A DNA stretch of 64,000 nt from Phycisphaerales bacterium (GTDB lineage Bacteria > Planctomycetota > Phycisphaerae > Phycisphaerales > UBA1924): the NCBI GenBank assembly GCA_965227775.1, contig OZ245777.1:3136001-3200000 (forward strand), given 5' to 3'. Of the stretch, positions 19,522-29,790 are shown in pieces (the stretch's first letter is position 1; every line of letters begins with the position of its first letter). Under the pieces are notes generated by a model. The model worked only from the letters and a program-made list of their open reading frames with translations. It ran no database searches and had not been told where the DNA came from. The translations under genes were made by a program, and so were the position numbers.

Positions 19522-20871
19522 ATGGACACCACGTCGACCATTGTCGCGCCGGCCACGCCCATGGCCGCCGGTGCGCGCGCGGTGGTGCGGCTGTCGGGCA
19601 GCAGCGCGTTCAGTGCCATCGATGCCATCGCCGTCAGCCCGATCGATCGGAGCCGCGGCGTCGGGCCCATCAGGCTCGATCTCACGATCGGAGAGCTGCC
19701 GACGCTCGCGGTGAGACTCCCCGGCCCTCGGTCCTACACCGGCGAGGACACAGTCGAGCTGTTTTCTCCCGGCTCACCCACGCTCGTAGCGGCGATCGTG
19801 CGTGAGTTGCTCAGCCAGCCCGGCGTGCGGCACGCCGAAGCCGGCGAATTCAGCGCCCGAGCCTACCTCAACGGGCGCCTCACGCTCGAGCAGGCCGAGG
19901 GCGTGGCCGCGACGATTGCCGCGAGCACCGACACCCAGCTCGAAGCCTCGCACCGCCTGCTCTCGGGCCAGTCAGGACGGCGTTACGCCCGCATGGTCGA
20001 CGAGCTCGCGTCGCTGCTCGCGTTGGTCGAAGCGGCCGCCGACTTCAGTGAGGAGGAGCACGTCGTGCCCATCGCCGCCGGGACGCTGCAAGACCGCCTG
20101 CGTGCGCTCCGCAGCGAACTTGAGCGGGAGCTGGCCGGCAAACGCGGCAGAGAGAGCCAGGCGGCCCGGCCGCTGGTGGTGCTCGCCGGTGCGCCCAATG
20201 CGGGCAAGACGAGCCTCTTCAACGCGCTGCTCGGGCGCACGCGCTCGGTGGTCTCGGCAACCGAGCACGCAACCCGAGATGCCGTCGTCGAATCGCTCCG
20301 TCTCGAGCACCCGTCGATCGGCGTCCTCGAGTGCGAGCTAACCGACTTACCGGGCATGCAGGGTCGGTCCATCATCGAGCTCGACGCCGAGGAGCGAGCC
20401 AGCATGCAATCGGTCATCGACGCCGCGATGGAGCGGGCAGATCTTGTGATACTTTGCGACCCAGAGGGGCGCTTCGATGAGCCAGGTACTACCGACAACG
20501 CCATCCGCGTGCGCACAAAATCGGACGACGTGAGCACGCACGCAGAGGACGCGATCGCCGTCAGCGTGCGCACCGGGCTCAACCTGGATTCGCTCCGCAT
20601 GGCGGTCGCAGAGGCCATCGAACATGCCCGCCAGGACGCTGGTGCGGGCCTCCTTCCGCGACACCACGCCCTGGCGACCGCGGCCATGAAATCGCTCGAT
20701 CGTTCGATCGAGTCACTGCTCCATGATGAACCCGAATGCCTGCCGGCCGAGGGCGAGCTCGTAGCCGCCGAGATGCGGCTAGCTCTCGACGCGCTGGGCG
20801 AGCTCGGCGGCAAGGTCTCACCCGACGAGGTCCTCGGCCGAATCTTCGCGAGCTTCTGCGTGGGCAAGTGA
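19522..20871 (+). CDS. mnmE: tRNA modification GTPase MnmE/TrmE
   Basis: PRSYTGED, GEFSARAYLNGR, GAPNAGKTS, C-terminal FCVGK; follows yidC. Confidence 0.93.
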   Translation: MDTTSTIVAPATPMAAGARAVVRLSGSSAFSAIDAIAVSPIDRSRGVGPIRLDLTIGELPTLAVRLPGPRSYTGEDTVELFSPGSPTLVAAIVRELLSQPGVRHAEAGEFSARAYLNGRLTLEQAEGVAATIAASTDTQLEASHRLLSGQSGRRYARMVDELASLLALVEAAADFSEEEHVVPIAAGTLQDRLRALRSELERELAGKRGRESQAARPLVVLAGAPNAGKTSLFNALLGRTRSVVSATEHATRDAVVESLRLEHPSIGVLECELTDLPGMQGRSIIELDAEERASMQSVIDAAMERADLVILCDPEGRFDEPGTTDNAIRVRTKSDDVSTHAEDAIAVSVRTGLNLDSLRMAVAEAIEHARQDAGAGLLPRHHALATAAMKSLDRSIESLLHDEPECLPAEGELVAAEMRLALDALGELGGKVSPDEVLGRIFASFCVGK

Positions 20872-21053
20872 CCGCTCTTGGTTCGTCCGGATAAGAGCTC
20901 GACCTTGCCGCCTGCAACGACGCCGACGATTGCGCGGCCGTCGACCGTTCACGGCGCTGCGTGGCGCGGCATGACCGCTCGGTGGAGGGCGTTGAATACC
21001 CGATGCCAGGACCGACGCGGCGAACCAATCCAGCCGCGCCGGAGGGTGTTGGC

Positions 21054-21539
21054 ATGTCCAAGCCGATGGGCGAGATCCTGGTCGACCGAGGCATCCTGAG
21101 CGAGACGCAGCGCGATCAGGTGCTACGCGCCCAGCGGGGCACGAACCGTCCGTTCGGCGAACTCGCCGAGAAGATGTTCGATGTCAGCCAGGACGAGATC
21201 GAAACGGTCTGGGCCGAGCAATACGGCGCCATCGCCGAGTGGCTCGACCCATCGACGGTCGAGATCCCCGACCACGTGCTGTGCGTGCTCTCTGGCCGCC
21301 AGGCGGCCCAGTTTGCGATGATCCCCATCCGCTACGACGGGCGATCGCTCGTGCTCGTAACGACGCGCGAGCAGCTCCCCCGGGCGCTCCGTTTTGCATC
21401 CTCGACGTTCGGTGCCGAGTGCACGCTCGCGCTCTGCGAGACCGACGAATTGGGCGAAGGCCTACGTCGCCACTACGAGGTCGATGCCGATTCGTGGAAG
21501 TCGCTCATGCGCCAAGCGGGCTCGGGCGAAGCCGCATAA
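21054..21539 (+). CDS. Stand-alone MshEN / T2SSE N-terminal domain protein
   Basis: KPMGEILVDRGILSETQRDQVLRAQ...RPFGEL resembles the MshEN motif; no ATPase domain; GGAGGG RBS. Confidence 0.72.
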   Translation: MSKPMGEILVDRGILSETQRDQVLRAQRGTNRPFGELAEKMFDVSQDEIETVWAEQYGAIAEWLDPSTVEIPDHVLCVLSGRQAAQFAMIPIRYDGRSLVLVTTREQLPRALRFASSTFGAECTLALCETDELGEGLRRHYEVDADSWKSLMRQAGSGEAA

Positions 21540-22742
21540 TCAGCTGCGGTCGGCAATCGTCGTCATCGGCGGCTCGAGCGGCAGGATCTTCACGAGTTCC
21601 ATGTATGAGTCGTGGTGCGCCTGCACCTCGGTGAGCGAATCGCCGCCGGTCTTGTCGAGGAACGCGCGGGCGATCTCGAACGCGACCACGTTCTCCATGA
21701 CCACGCTGGCCGCCGACACGGCGCACACGTCGCTGCGCTCGTAGTCGCTCTGCTGGGCTTCCTTGGTATTCAGGTCGATCGACGGCATGCCGCGCAAGAG
21801 GGTGGAGATGGGCTTCATCGCGCCCGTCACCACCACGGGCTGGCCGTTCGTCATTCCGCCCTCGACACCGCCCGCGTTGTTGGTGTCTCGTATGAACCCC
21901 AGCGATGGGCCGTCGGCTCTTGACCGATCGAAGCGGATCGGGTCGTGCACTTGAGAGCCCGGTAGCTCGCTAACTTGGCGGCCCATGCCCATTTCGACGC
22001 TTTTGAAGGCCTGGATGCCCATGACGGCATACGCGATCCGGGCGTCCAGCTTCAGCCTCCAGTCAACGCAGCTGCCCAGCCCGGGCGGCGCGCCGAATAC
22101 GTGCACCTCGCACAGTCCGCCGGCGGTGTCCTTGTCGACCTTGGCCTGGCGGATGACCTCGATCTGCTTCTTCGTCGCGTCGGCGTCGGGGCAATACGTC
22201 TCGCTCGCGTCGCGAGCTTCGAGCAGACTCGCGTGGTCCTCGGGCGAGACTACCGCCTCGGTGCGCGCCATGCCGACGCTGCGTACGAAGCCGAACACCG
22301 TGATGCCAAAGAACTCGAGAAGGCCGCGTGTGAGCGCGCCGGCGGCGACGCGGGCGGCCGTCTCTCGGGCGCTCGCGCGTTCGAGCGTTCCCCGGCAGTC
22401 GGTCGTGAGCCACTTGAGCGAGCCTGGAAGGTCGGCGTGGCCTGGCCTTGGTCGGTACACCGGCGGCGTGCGCTCGGCGTCGTCCATGCGCGAGTCCTTG
22501 TTCGCCACGCGCATGGCGATGGGCGAGCCGAGCGTCTTGCCCATGCGAATGCCGCTCAAAAACTCAACGGTGTCGGTCTCGATACGCTGGCGGCCGCCGC
22601 GTCCGTAGCCGCCCTGCCGCCGCGCGAGCTCGCGGTTCATCCCCTCGACATCGATCGGCACACCCGCGGGCATGCCGGTGACGATGGTGAGCATGCCCGG
22701 GCCGTGGCTCTCTCCGGCGGTCTGGTAGTCGAGTGTCGGCAT
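21540..22742 (-). CDS. aroC: Chorismate synthase
   Basis: TAGESHG, RRQGGYGRG, PRPGHAD, ERASARETA, NNAGGVEGG, MKPIST, ERSD. Confidence 0.97.
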   Translation of the reverse strand: MPTLDYQTAGESHGPGMLTIVTGMPAGVPIDVEGMNRELARRQGGYGRGGRQRIETDTVEFLSGIRMGKTLGSPIAMRVANKDSRMDDAERTPPVYRPRPGHADLPGSLKWLTTDCRGTLERASARETAARVAAGALTRGLLEFFGITVFGFVRSVGMARTEAVVSPEDHASLLEARDASETYCPDADATKKQIEVIRQAKVDKDTAGGLCEVHVFGAPPGLGSCVDWRLKLDARIAYAVMGIQAFKSVEMGMGRQVSELPGSQVHDPIRFDRSRADGPSLGFIRDTNNAGGVEGGMTNGQPVVVTGAMKPISTLLRGMPSIDLNTKEAQQSDYERSDVCAVSAASVVMENVVAFEIARAFLDKTGGDSLTEVQAHHDSYMELVKILPLEPPMTTIADRS

Positions 22743-22761
22743 CGGAGATGGTATGTTGGCC

Positions 22762-25023
22762 CTAGCCCTGCGGCGGCGCTCCGAGCACAGAGAGGATGTT
22801 GCTGCGATCGTCGGTCCACAGGCGGAAGCTCTCGGGCGCCTGCGGCTGCCGCCAAAGCGAGCGCCGGGCCAGGGGCGCGAGATCTTCGGCCTCGCGCGAG
22901 AGCATCACCCACGTGCTGGTGTATCGCCCGGTTTCCAGGCTCTCCTGCGGGTCTCGCATATCCGTACGCATGGTGGCGAAGAGGCCGAGTTTCTCCGCCG
23001 CCTTGGCCACCACGGGTTCGAGGTCGAGGTACACGTTCGAGATGTGCACCGCCAGCACGCCGCCGTCGGCCAGCACAGCGAGGTAGCTCTCGAACGCCTC
23101 GAGCGTGAGCAGGTGCACCGGGATGGCATCGGAGCTGAACGCGTCGAGCACGATCAGGTCGTACGGCTCGCCCTCGTGCTGCTCGATGAGCAGGCGGCCA
23201 TCGCCCACGAAGTACTCGATGTCGTCGGCCCGGCTCTGGCTGAGGAACGTAAAATACCGCGAATCGGTGGCGATGTCGACGACTGCCGGATCGATCTCGT
23301 ACGCGTGCATGACCATGCCCGGCCGCCCGTACGCGGCGAGCGCCCCGGTGCCTAGGCCCACGAGCGCGACGCGATCGAGCGCGTTGTGCTGCCGGGGGGC
23401 GGCCTGACCATCGACCAGCGCGAACACGTCGGCCACGGGGCTCAGGTCGTGGTAGTACGCCAGCGGCACGGGCACACCGCCCGTGTCGATGCGCTGCAGG
23501 CCGTGGGCGGTCGAGCCGTGGCGGAGTTGGTGGAGCGTGGCAATCGAGCCGTCGCGCCACCGCACGCGGACCTCCTCCACGGTGTGCACGCCGAAGAAGG
23601 TTCGCTCGATGTGCACGACATCGGCCGGGCCGCGCCAGAAGCTCGCGGTCAGCAGCACGCCACCGACGGCGAGGGCGAACGCCGCAGCACGCGCATAGAT
23701 GACATAGAGCGTCAAGGCCGGCACGCCCACCGCGAGCCCACGCTCCCACCACGATGCCGACGCAGACAATGGCTGGAACCCTAGTGCACCGAGCACCACG
23801 AGCATGCACACGAACGCTGCGACGACAGCGAAGCCCACGGCGATCTGCGTCGCAGGGCGATCAAGGCCGGCGTCCTTGTCCGAGGCCTTGCGGCTTGGCA
23901 AGCCCGGCAACGCGAGCAAGGCTAGCGAGATGGCGATGGGATACTCGAGCACACGATCGAACACCATCGGCGCGAGCAGCGCATTGAACGCGCCACCGAG
24001 CACGCCGCCAAGGGCGACCAGCAGGTAGAACTCGGTGAGGTGCCCAGCGTGCGGCCGGAGCGAGGCCAGCCGCAGGTGGCACAGCAGCGCCGCGAGCGCG
24101 AACGCGGCGAGGTGCGCACCCGCGACGGCAACGAGGGGCTGCCGGGCGTGTAACAGGATGGCAACAACGACGCCAACCACGGCGATGGGCGTGAGCCGCG
24201 CAACCCACCGGTCCAAGCCGGGCTTGCGCACGCCGAAGGCGACAATGAACGTGAGCAGGTAGAGCGCCAGAGGCACCACCCACAGCAGCGGCGCGGCGGC
24301 GACGTCGGTCGTCAGGTGCTGCGTCACGCCCAGCATGAGGCTCGATGGCACAAACGCCAGCCCGACCCACGCCAACCGGCGCGGCCAGGCGATGGGCTCG
24401 GCGGGCGTGGCGCTTGCCATCTGTTGTGGCTCACGCGTTCGCCTAACGGCAAGCACGCCTCCCAAACCCAACACCACGACGAGCGCGATGTAGCCCACAG
24501 ACCACCACGTTCGCTGCTGCTCGAGGCTCAGCAGCGGCTCGAGCACGAACGGGTACGCGAGCAGCCCCAGCATGCTTCCCGCATTGCTCGCCGCGTAGAG
24601 CGGGTAGGGGTCGGCGGCGAACGGGTGGTCGGTCTTGGAGATCCACTTCTGCACCAGTGGCGACACCGATGACAGAACCAGATACGGCGCCCCCACCGTC
24701 AGCGCTAGCGCCGCCATCACCCACAACGCCGGTGCTCCCTGGGGTGAACCCGACGGCAACGCCAATGGCAAGGCAAGCACCGCGAGTGCGGCCAGCACGA
24801 CGTGCGCTCCCACCGCCACACGAGGCGCCCGTCGGCCGACGAGACCAAGCAAATGGGCCGAGAGATAGCCCAGCAGGAGCCCCGACTGGAAGAACAGCAT
24901 CGCCGCCGTCCAGACCGCCGGGCTGCCGCCCAGGCGGGGCAGCAGCATGCGTGCGAGCATGGGCTGCACACAGAAGAGCAGCGCCGCGGCCAGGAAGATG
25001 GCGATCGTGTACAACGCGAGCAT
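22762..25023 (-). CDS. Fused MFS-like membrane domain / spermidine synthase-like SAM-binding protein
   Basis: About 13 TM helices, PYPLYAASNAGS, VGLGTG, EIDP, GDGR, DAFSSDAIPVHLLT, WTDD. Confidence 0.88.
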   Translation of the reverse strand: MLALYTIAIFLAAALLFCVQPMLARMLLPRLGGSPAVWTAAMLFFQSGLLLGYLSAHLLGLVGRRAPRVAVGAHVVLAALAVLALPLALPSGSPQGAPALWVMAALALTVGAPYLVLSSVSPLVQKWISKTDHPFAADPYPLYAASNAGSMLGLLAYPFVLEPLLSLEQQRTWWSVGYIALVVVLGLGGVLAVRRTREPQQMASATPAEPIAWPRRLAWVGLAFVPSSLMLGVTQHLTTDVAAAPLLWVVPLALYLLTFIVAFGVRKPGLDRWVARLTPIAVVGVVVAILLHARQPLVAVAGAHLAAFALAALLCHLRLASLRPHAGHLTEFYLLVALGGVLGGAFNALLAPMVFDRVLEYPIAISLALLALPGLPSRKASDKDAGLDRPATQIAVGFAVVAAFVCMLVVLGALGFQPLSASASWWERGLAVGVPALTLYVIYARAAAFALAVGGVLLTASFWRGPADVVHIERTFFGVHTVEEVRVRWRDGSIATLHQLRHGSTAHGLQRIDTGGVPVPLAYYHDLSPVADVFALVDGQAAPRQHNALDRVALVGLGTGALAAYGRPGMVMHAYEIDPAVVDIATDSRYFTFLSQSRADDIEYFVGDGRLLIEQHEGEPYDLIVLDAFSSDAIPVHLLTLEAFESYLAVLADGGVLAVHISNVYLDLEPVVAKAAEKLGLFATMRTDMRDPQESLETGRYTSTWVMLSREAEDLAPLARRSLWRQPQAPESFRLWTDDRSNILSVLGAPPQG

Positions 25024-25171
25024 GCGGGTGCAACCCCCTCAGGGGGCTCATGGTACCGCCCGGCGACGCGCTGGCCGCCGAACCCCGCGTCTAGGCTCGC
25101 GAGGCACGAATCGGTGTTCAGCCGAAACGCCGCCTACGTGCGAGCCCTATGCAGGCACGGGGAGCCCTGCG

Positions 25172-26245
25172 GTGTCCACAACGGCCCTCATCCTGATGCG
25201 GTTGAGGCTCTTCGGAGTTTTTGGCATTGCGTGCGGCATCGCTGCACTTCTGCTGGCTGCGCCTCCCGCCCATGCCGGGCCGCTTCCCGAGCACTGGGTA
25301 GCCAAGGGCAGCGACTGGGTCGTTCACATCGATGCCGAGCGTCTACGCGAGGCCGAGGCGCTCAAACCGATCTTCGACGCGCTGGTTACCTCCGCGTGGG
25401 GTGCGACCCTCAGCGATATGGGCATCGACGCCCGCATGGACCTGACCGACATCACCTTGTTCGGCACCATCACCCGTGGGCCCGATGCCAAGGGCCAGAC
25501 CACGACGATGCTGCAGGGCGGTGCGGCGCTGCGAGAGGCCATCCAGCAGCATGTATCTGACCACGACGGGTATCCCCTGATTCTGCGGGCGGCCCGACAG
25601 GCAGACGGCCGCGGCATCTTGGCTTGGACGATCGATGCGCTGTCGGTCCACGTGGCTTTGGTTCCGGTTGGGTCAAAAGACTCTGGGGAACTCGTTGCCG
25701 TGCTCTCGGATCACTCCGAGAAGTTGCAGTCGTGCATCGGCCTGCTGCTGGATACCTCGAGGTCGAACAACCCGGGACGTGTGCCTGCCCAGGAAGGGAC
25801 CTCGCAGGCGCAAGAGAGCCCGCAGGGATGCGTCATCATCGTGCGGGCGAATGACTTGGACAGAGCACACCCACCGCTGCAATCGGCCCTACTCGCTTCG
25901 GCCCGGTCGATCCACGGGTATCTTGGCTATCGCCAAGAAGCCGAGCGAACGGTCGTGTTTGCCCGGATGCGCGTGGACGGCGGCGAGTCGGCCGATGGCG
26001 AGCAAATGGTCGTTTCGCTCAACAACATGGTCGAGTTCTGGACGCACGGAGCCCAGAAAATGGCGACCGATGCGCCCGCGCTCGAGGCCCTTGTCGACCT
26101 GATCGGGTCCAGCGAGGTCTCAAGGGAAGGTCTGACGGTGGAACTGGCAATGCAGAACGCGATCTCTTTGCCTGGCGAGCCCGCCAGCGAGGAGAACGAT
26201 TCCCGCCTGGTCGGCGTCACCGAAGAACGCGACTCCGGCTCATGA
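25172..26245 (+). CDS. Hypothetical exported protein
   Basis: Signal peptide ending AHA; GTG 25172 after GGGGAG (alternative start ATG 25196); lies upstream of an ECF sigma gene. Confidence 0.65.
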   Translation: MSTTALILMRLRLFGVFGIACGIAALLLAAPPAHAGPLPEHWVAKGSDWVVHIDAERLREAEALKPIFDALVTSAWGATLSDMGIDARMDLTDITLFGTITRGPDAKGQTTTMLQGGAALREAIQQHVSDHDGYPLILRAARQADGRGILAWTIDALSVHVALVPVGSKDSGELVAVLSDHSEKLQSCIGLLLDTSRSNNPGRVPAQEGTSQAQESPQGCVIIVRANDLDRAHPPLQSALLASARSIHGYLGYRQEAERTVVFARMRVDGGESADGEQMVVSLNNMVEFWTHGAQKMATDAPALEALVDLIGSSEVSREGLTVELAMQNAISLPGEPASEENDSRLVGVTEERDSGS

Positions 26246-26354
26246 TTGACCGATAACGGCGACCGATGGGCACTATCCGACGGATTGAACAGATATTTAT
26301 GGATAACCCCAAGCGTGCAACCGCTTTGGATTTTGGCACGGATGCGTTAACCTA

Positions 26355-27038
26355 ATGGCAATGTCCGCGTCCGTTGCTGGCCCCATCCCGTTCGAAGTCC
26401 CGTTTCATGGGCGGCCCGGCGTGCCGGTCGACAACCTGAGTGATCAGGAACTGTCGGAGTTGGCCAAGGAAGGGTCGGTCGCGGCGTACAACGTGCTCGT
26501 GACCCGGTACCAGGATCGCGTCTACCGCTTCCTGCTCCGCCGGACGGGCTCTTCGGCCGAGGCCGAGGACGTCGCCCAAGACACGTTCCTGCGTGCCTGG
26601 CAGAAGCTGCACACCTACGAGCCCGAGCGCCCGCTGGCACCCTGGCTGCTGACGATCGCCGCACGGCTTGCCGCATCGGCTGCCCGTCGCCGGGCTCGTG
26701 TTCGCGTGGCTCCGGAGTCGGCTATCGGCTACGTTGACGCCGCCGCTCCGAGCCACGAGCCCCGGAATCCGGACGCGAGCCACGACCGCAAGCGGATCTG
26801 GCAGATCGCCGAGTCGGTGCTCAATCGTGACCAGCTCACCGCGGTCTGGCTGAGGTATGTCGAGGGGCTCAGCCCCGCCCAGATCGCCCGCGTGATGGAC
26901 AAGTCGGGCGTGGCGGTCCGAGTCATGCTGCTGCGTTCACGGAACGTTCTGGGTGAAGCCCTCCGTGAGCGGGCCGTCGACATCGCGTCGCCGAATAAGG
27001 ACATTCCCGCAAAGACCTCGCGTCCTGCCGCTCGCTGA
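26355..27038 (+). CDS. ECF-type RNA polymerase sigma factor
   Basis: EAEDVAQDTFLRAW, PWLLTIA, region 4 LRYVEGLSPAQIARVM. Confidence 0.92.
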   Translation: MAMSASVAGPIPFEVPFHGRPGVPVDNLSDQELSELAKEGSVAAYNVLVTRYQDRVYRFLLRRTGSSAEAEDVAQDTFLRAWQKLHTYEPERPLAPWLLTIAARLAASAARRRARVRVAPESAIGYVDAAAPSHEPRNPDASHDRKRIWQIAESVLNRDQLTAVWLRYVEGLSPAQIARVMDKSGVAVRVMLLRSRNVLGEALRERAVDIASPNKDIPAKTSRPAAR

Positions 27039-27142
27039 TCCGCTGCGCCATCGCAGGACGATGGAAGAGGATGAATGAGTAGGATCCCGCGTTACGCTCG
27101 ACCCCGACGGAGCGAATACTGAGCGGGAGTAGCATTGATCTC

Positions 27143-27742
27143 GTGAGCCGTCCAAAGCACCATCCCAGTTCGAGCACCCGTCGCCGGCGCAAGGTCGTCG
27201 GTCGCCGGATCGAATCGCTCTTGCGCGATCCCAAGGGCTGGCCCGGGGAGAAGGCTCCGCTGCGAGTGCGGGCGGGCGTGATGTCCAACTTGGCGGCACA
27301 ACGCCAAGCAGACATGCGTGGCGAGCGTGTGACGGTGTACCGGGACAGCCGGTTCTCGAACCGACGCCTGGAGTTTTCGCTGCGACCGCCACTGGCCGCT
27401 GCAGCGGTCATCGCCATGATCGTCTCGGCGGCCGTGCACTTCATGGGTGGCACCGAGGCGTGGCAGCCGTGGGCCGATGGTCTGGCCAACCGGTACTACG
27501 AGGTCGACGAGGGCAATGCCCGGTTCAACGGCTCGGCGTTCGCCGACGCTGGCTCGCAGGCCGATGGCCGATTGCCTGGTGAGGACGAGGCCGCTGCGCT
27601 TCGTTCGGACGTCGACCGATTCCGGGCGCACCTGACCGGTCGCATCCCAATGCGAGACGCAGAGTCGACCCCGGCACGCGACACTCGCCGTGAAGCGCCG
27701 CCGCCGCAGCGCCGCAATGGCCCCGATCCTGCGTCGTCCTGA
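27143..27742 (+). CDS. Putative single-pass anti-sigma factor
   Basis: Basic N-terminus and one TM helix (LAAAAVIAMIVSAAV); immediately downstream of the ECF gene. The role is inferred from position. Confidence 0.5.
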   Translation: MSRPKHHPSSSTRRRRKVVGRRIESLLRDPKGWPGEKAPLRVRAGVMSNLAAQRQADMRGERVTVYRDSRFSNRRLEFSLRPPLAAAAVIAMIVSAAVHFMGGTEAWQPWADGLANRYYEVDEGNARFNGSAFADAGSQADGRLPGEDEAAALRSDVDRFRAHLTGRIPMRDAESTPARDTRREAPPPQRRNGPDPASS

Positions 27743-27757
27743 CGCTTGTCTTTGTCT

Positions 27758-28798
27758 CTAGTGAACCTCAACGCTGCCGACGAGCTCCGTCAGCTTGATT
27801 GCGCCCATGCGCTCGGTCCAGCGCTTCAATCCCTTGTGGATGCGAGCCGGACTTGACGGATCAGCCATCGCTCCGGTGCCGACGCCTATTGCCGACGCGC
27901 CGGCAAGGACGAACTCGGCCGCCTCACGCCAGCTGGTCACGCCGCCGAGGCCGATGATGGGCACGCCGGCATCGCGGGCGACCGATCGATGAACATCGTG
28001 CACGAGCTTCACGACTATCGCGTGCACCGCGGGTCCTGAAAGCCCGCCCGTGTTGTTGGTGATCCTGGGCTTGCGGGTCTCGACGTCGATGGCCATCGCG
28101 GGCGTGGTGTTTGCCAGGCACAACACGTCAGCACCGGGACGATCGTTGGGGCCACCGGATCGGCCTCGAGCCTCGATCGCGGACTTCGCGATCGTCACGA
28201 TGCCCGGCATGCCCGTGGCAACCGGTGGCAACTTGACGATGAGCGGCTTGCTGGGCAGCGCCTCGCGCGTGGCCGCGACAAGATCGGCCAGCGCTTCCGG
28301 ATCAACACCGAAGTCGGCGCCGCCGTGCACGTTCGGGCATGAGACGTTGAGCTCGACCGCGTCGACGCCTTCAAGCCCGTCCATCTCGGCGACGACGCGT
28401 ACGTACCCGTCGATCGTGTCGCCGGCGACCGACCCGATGAGCCTCACCGCATGACGGGCCAGGTCGTGCGTCGACGCGACATGCTCGGCGAATCGATCGA
28501 TGCCCGTGTTGGCCAGCCCGATGGCGTTGAGCATACCGCCGCGCAGGGGCACCATGCGCCAGGTCGGGTGGCCCTCACGCGGCTGCGCGGTGATGGACTT
28601 GCTGGTGACGGCACCGAGCACCCGGGGGGGCAGCACGTCGAGGATCTCGTCGGCATAACCGGCGGTGCCCGCCGCCAGAATAATGGGGCTCTGCAGCTCT
28701 AGCCCGGCAAGATCCACGGCCAACGGGCCCTTGGGGGCTGGTGATTTCGCGTCGATCGCTGGCTGTGGCGTGGATTCGGGTTCGTCGGGCACGATCAA
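27758..28798 (-). CDS. pyrD: Dihydroorotate dehydrogenase (family 1)
   Basis: AAGTAG, KSIT, MLNAIGLAN, ELNVSCPN, GGLSG, IGLGG. Start uncertain. Confidence 0.93.
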   Translation of the reverse strand: MIVPDEPESTPQPAIDAKSPAPKGPLAVDLAGLELQSPIILAAGTAGYADEILDVLPPRVLGAVTSKSITAQPREGHPTWRMVPLRGGMLNAIGLANTGIDRFAEHVASTHDLARHAVRLIGSVAGDTIDGYVRVVAEMDGLEGVDAVELNVSCPNVHGGADFGVDPEALADLVAATREALPSKPLIVKLPPVATGMPGIVTIAKSAIEARGRSGGPNDRPGADVLCLANTTPAMAIDVETRKPRITNNTGGLSGPAVHAIVVKLVHDVHRSVARDAGVPIIGLGGVTSWREAAEFVLAGASAIGVGTGAMADPSSPARIHKGLKRWTERMGAIKLTELVGSVEVH

Positions 28799-28843
28799 GT
28801 GTTCGCACCCGCACGCAGCGGGGCTACCGCGGTGGAACGACCA

Positions 28844-29653
28844 TCAAGAACGGTCCGCCCCAGTGCGACGGAAACCGGTGAGCAGGCCCGGTCGTGCTGG
28901 GCGTTGGACCTCGGGCTCGCGATCGAAGCTCGCGCTGGGCAGGGCCTCGATGGCCTGCGCAGCGGTATCGAAGCCGTTGATCGGGTCGAGACCCTGGGCG
29001 AAGAACGCGTCCCAGGCAGGATCGAGCCGCCGGACGAGCTTGCTGGCAGGCAAGCTCACGGTCGCGGCGTCGTGGCCGGTCAGGCAGGTGAATCCAAGCT
29101 CGACAACGCTGCGGATCTCGTCTCGCTGCACTTCGGTTGAGAAACCCCTGAGTCCCTCGAGTGTGCGAGCAACACCGAGCATCTCGATGGTGGCGCTACC
29201 ACGTCGATCGACGAGCACGTCGCGCGCGCGAACGGCGCCGTGGTGCACGAGCTTCTCGTGCGCCGCGTCGAGGCCATCGAGCACCTGTCGCAGCAGGCGA
29301 TCGGCTTCTCCGGGTTCCATGTGCCCGCCCTTCTCGGCGAGCAGCGACTCCAGGTCGATCAGGCCATCCTGGTGCCCGGTGTAGGGCGTGACGGCGCAGG
29401 GCTGATGGACGATGCCCAGCAGCAGCTTCTCGACCGGCAGCACGTGCCGGTTGTCGATCATTCGGATGTTGTCGACCGCACGCCGCAACACCGCGACCTG
29501 GGCGTCGTCGGGGCGGATCGGAAACAGGTGCAGGACCTTCGCATCGCGTCCGCCGGGCTCGATGGCCAGCAGTCGTCGTGCGATTGGCGATTCGGGGAGT
29601 TCGCGCGTGATCGTGTAGTCACCGAATCGCACGCGAGGCTGGGTTTCGCCCAT
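28844..29653 (-). CDS. Protein kinase-like domain protein, probable pseudokinase
   Basis: Kinase fold pattern (FGDYTITREL...RQVLDGLDAAH...LTG), but HRD reads HGA and DFG reads MLG. Confidence 0.7.
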   Translation of the reverse strand: MGETQPRVRFGDYTITRELPESPIARRLLAIEPGGRDAKVLHLFPIRPDDAQVAVLRRAVDNIRMIDNRHVLPVEKLLLGIVHQPCAVTPYTGHQDGLIDLESLLAEKGGHMEPGEADRLLRQVLDGLDAAHEKLVHHGAVRARDVLVDRRGSATIEMLGVARTLEGLRGFSTEVQRDEIRSVVELGFTCLTGHDAATVSLPASKLVRRLDPAWDAFFAQGLDPINGFDTAAQAIEALPSASFDREPEVQRPARPGLLTGFRRTGADRS

Positions 29654-29790
29654 CAGTGGGGATCCTCTGTTGGCAGGCCGCCGCATCGGGAACAGCCGTG
29701 CCCGGACTCCGAGCTAGTCAAAATGATAGCTCGCCGAGTAGGTCGACCATCTCCACGAGGGTTCACCACAAACGGTCCGCATAACCGCTT

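Noticed and set aside
26298..26306. TATGGATAA, a DnaA-box-like 9-mer in an AT-richer intergenic region
   Set aside because: It is a single box with one mismatch and no cluster or unwinding element, which is insufficient for oriC.
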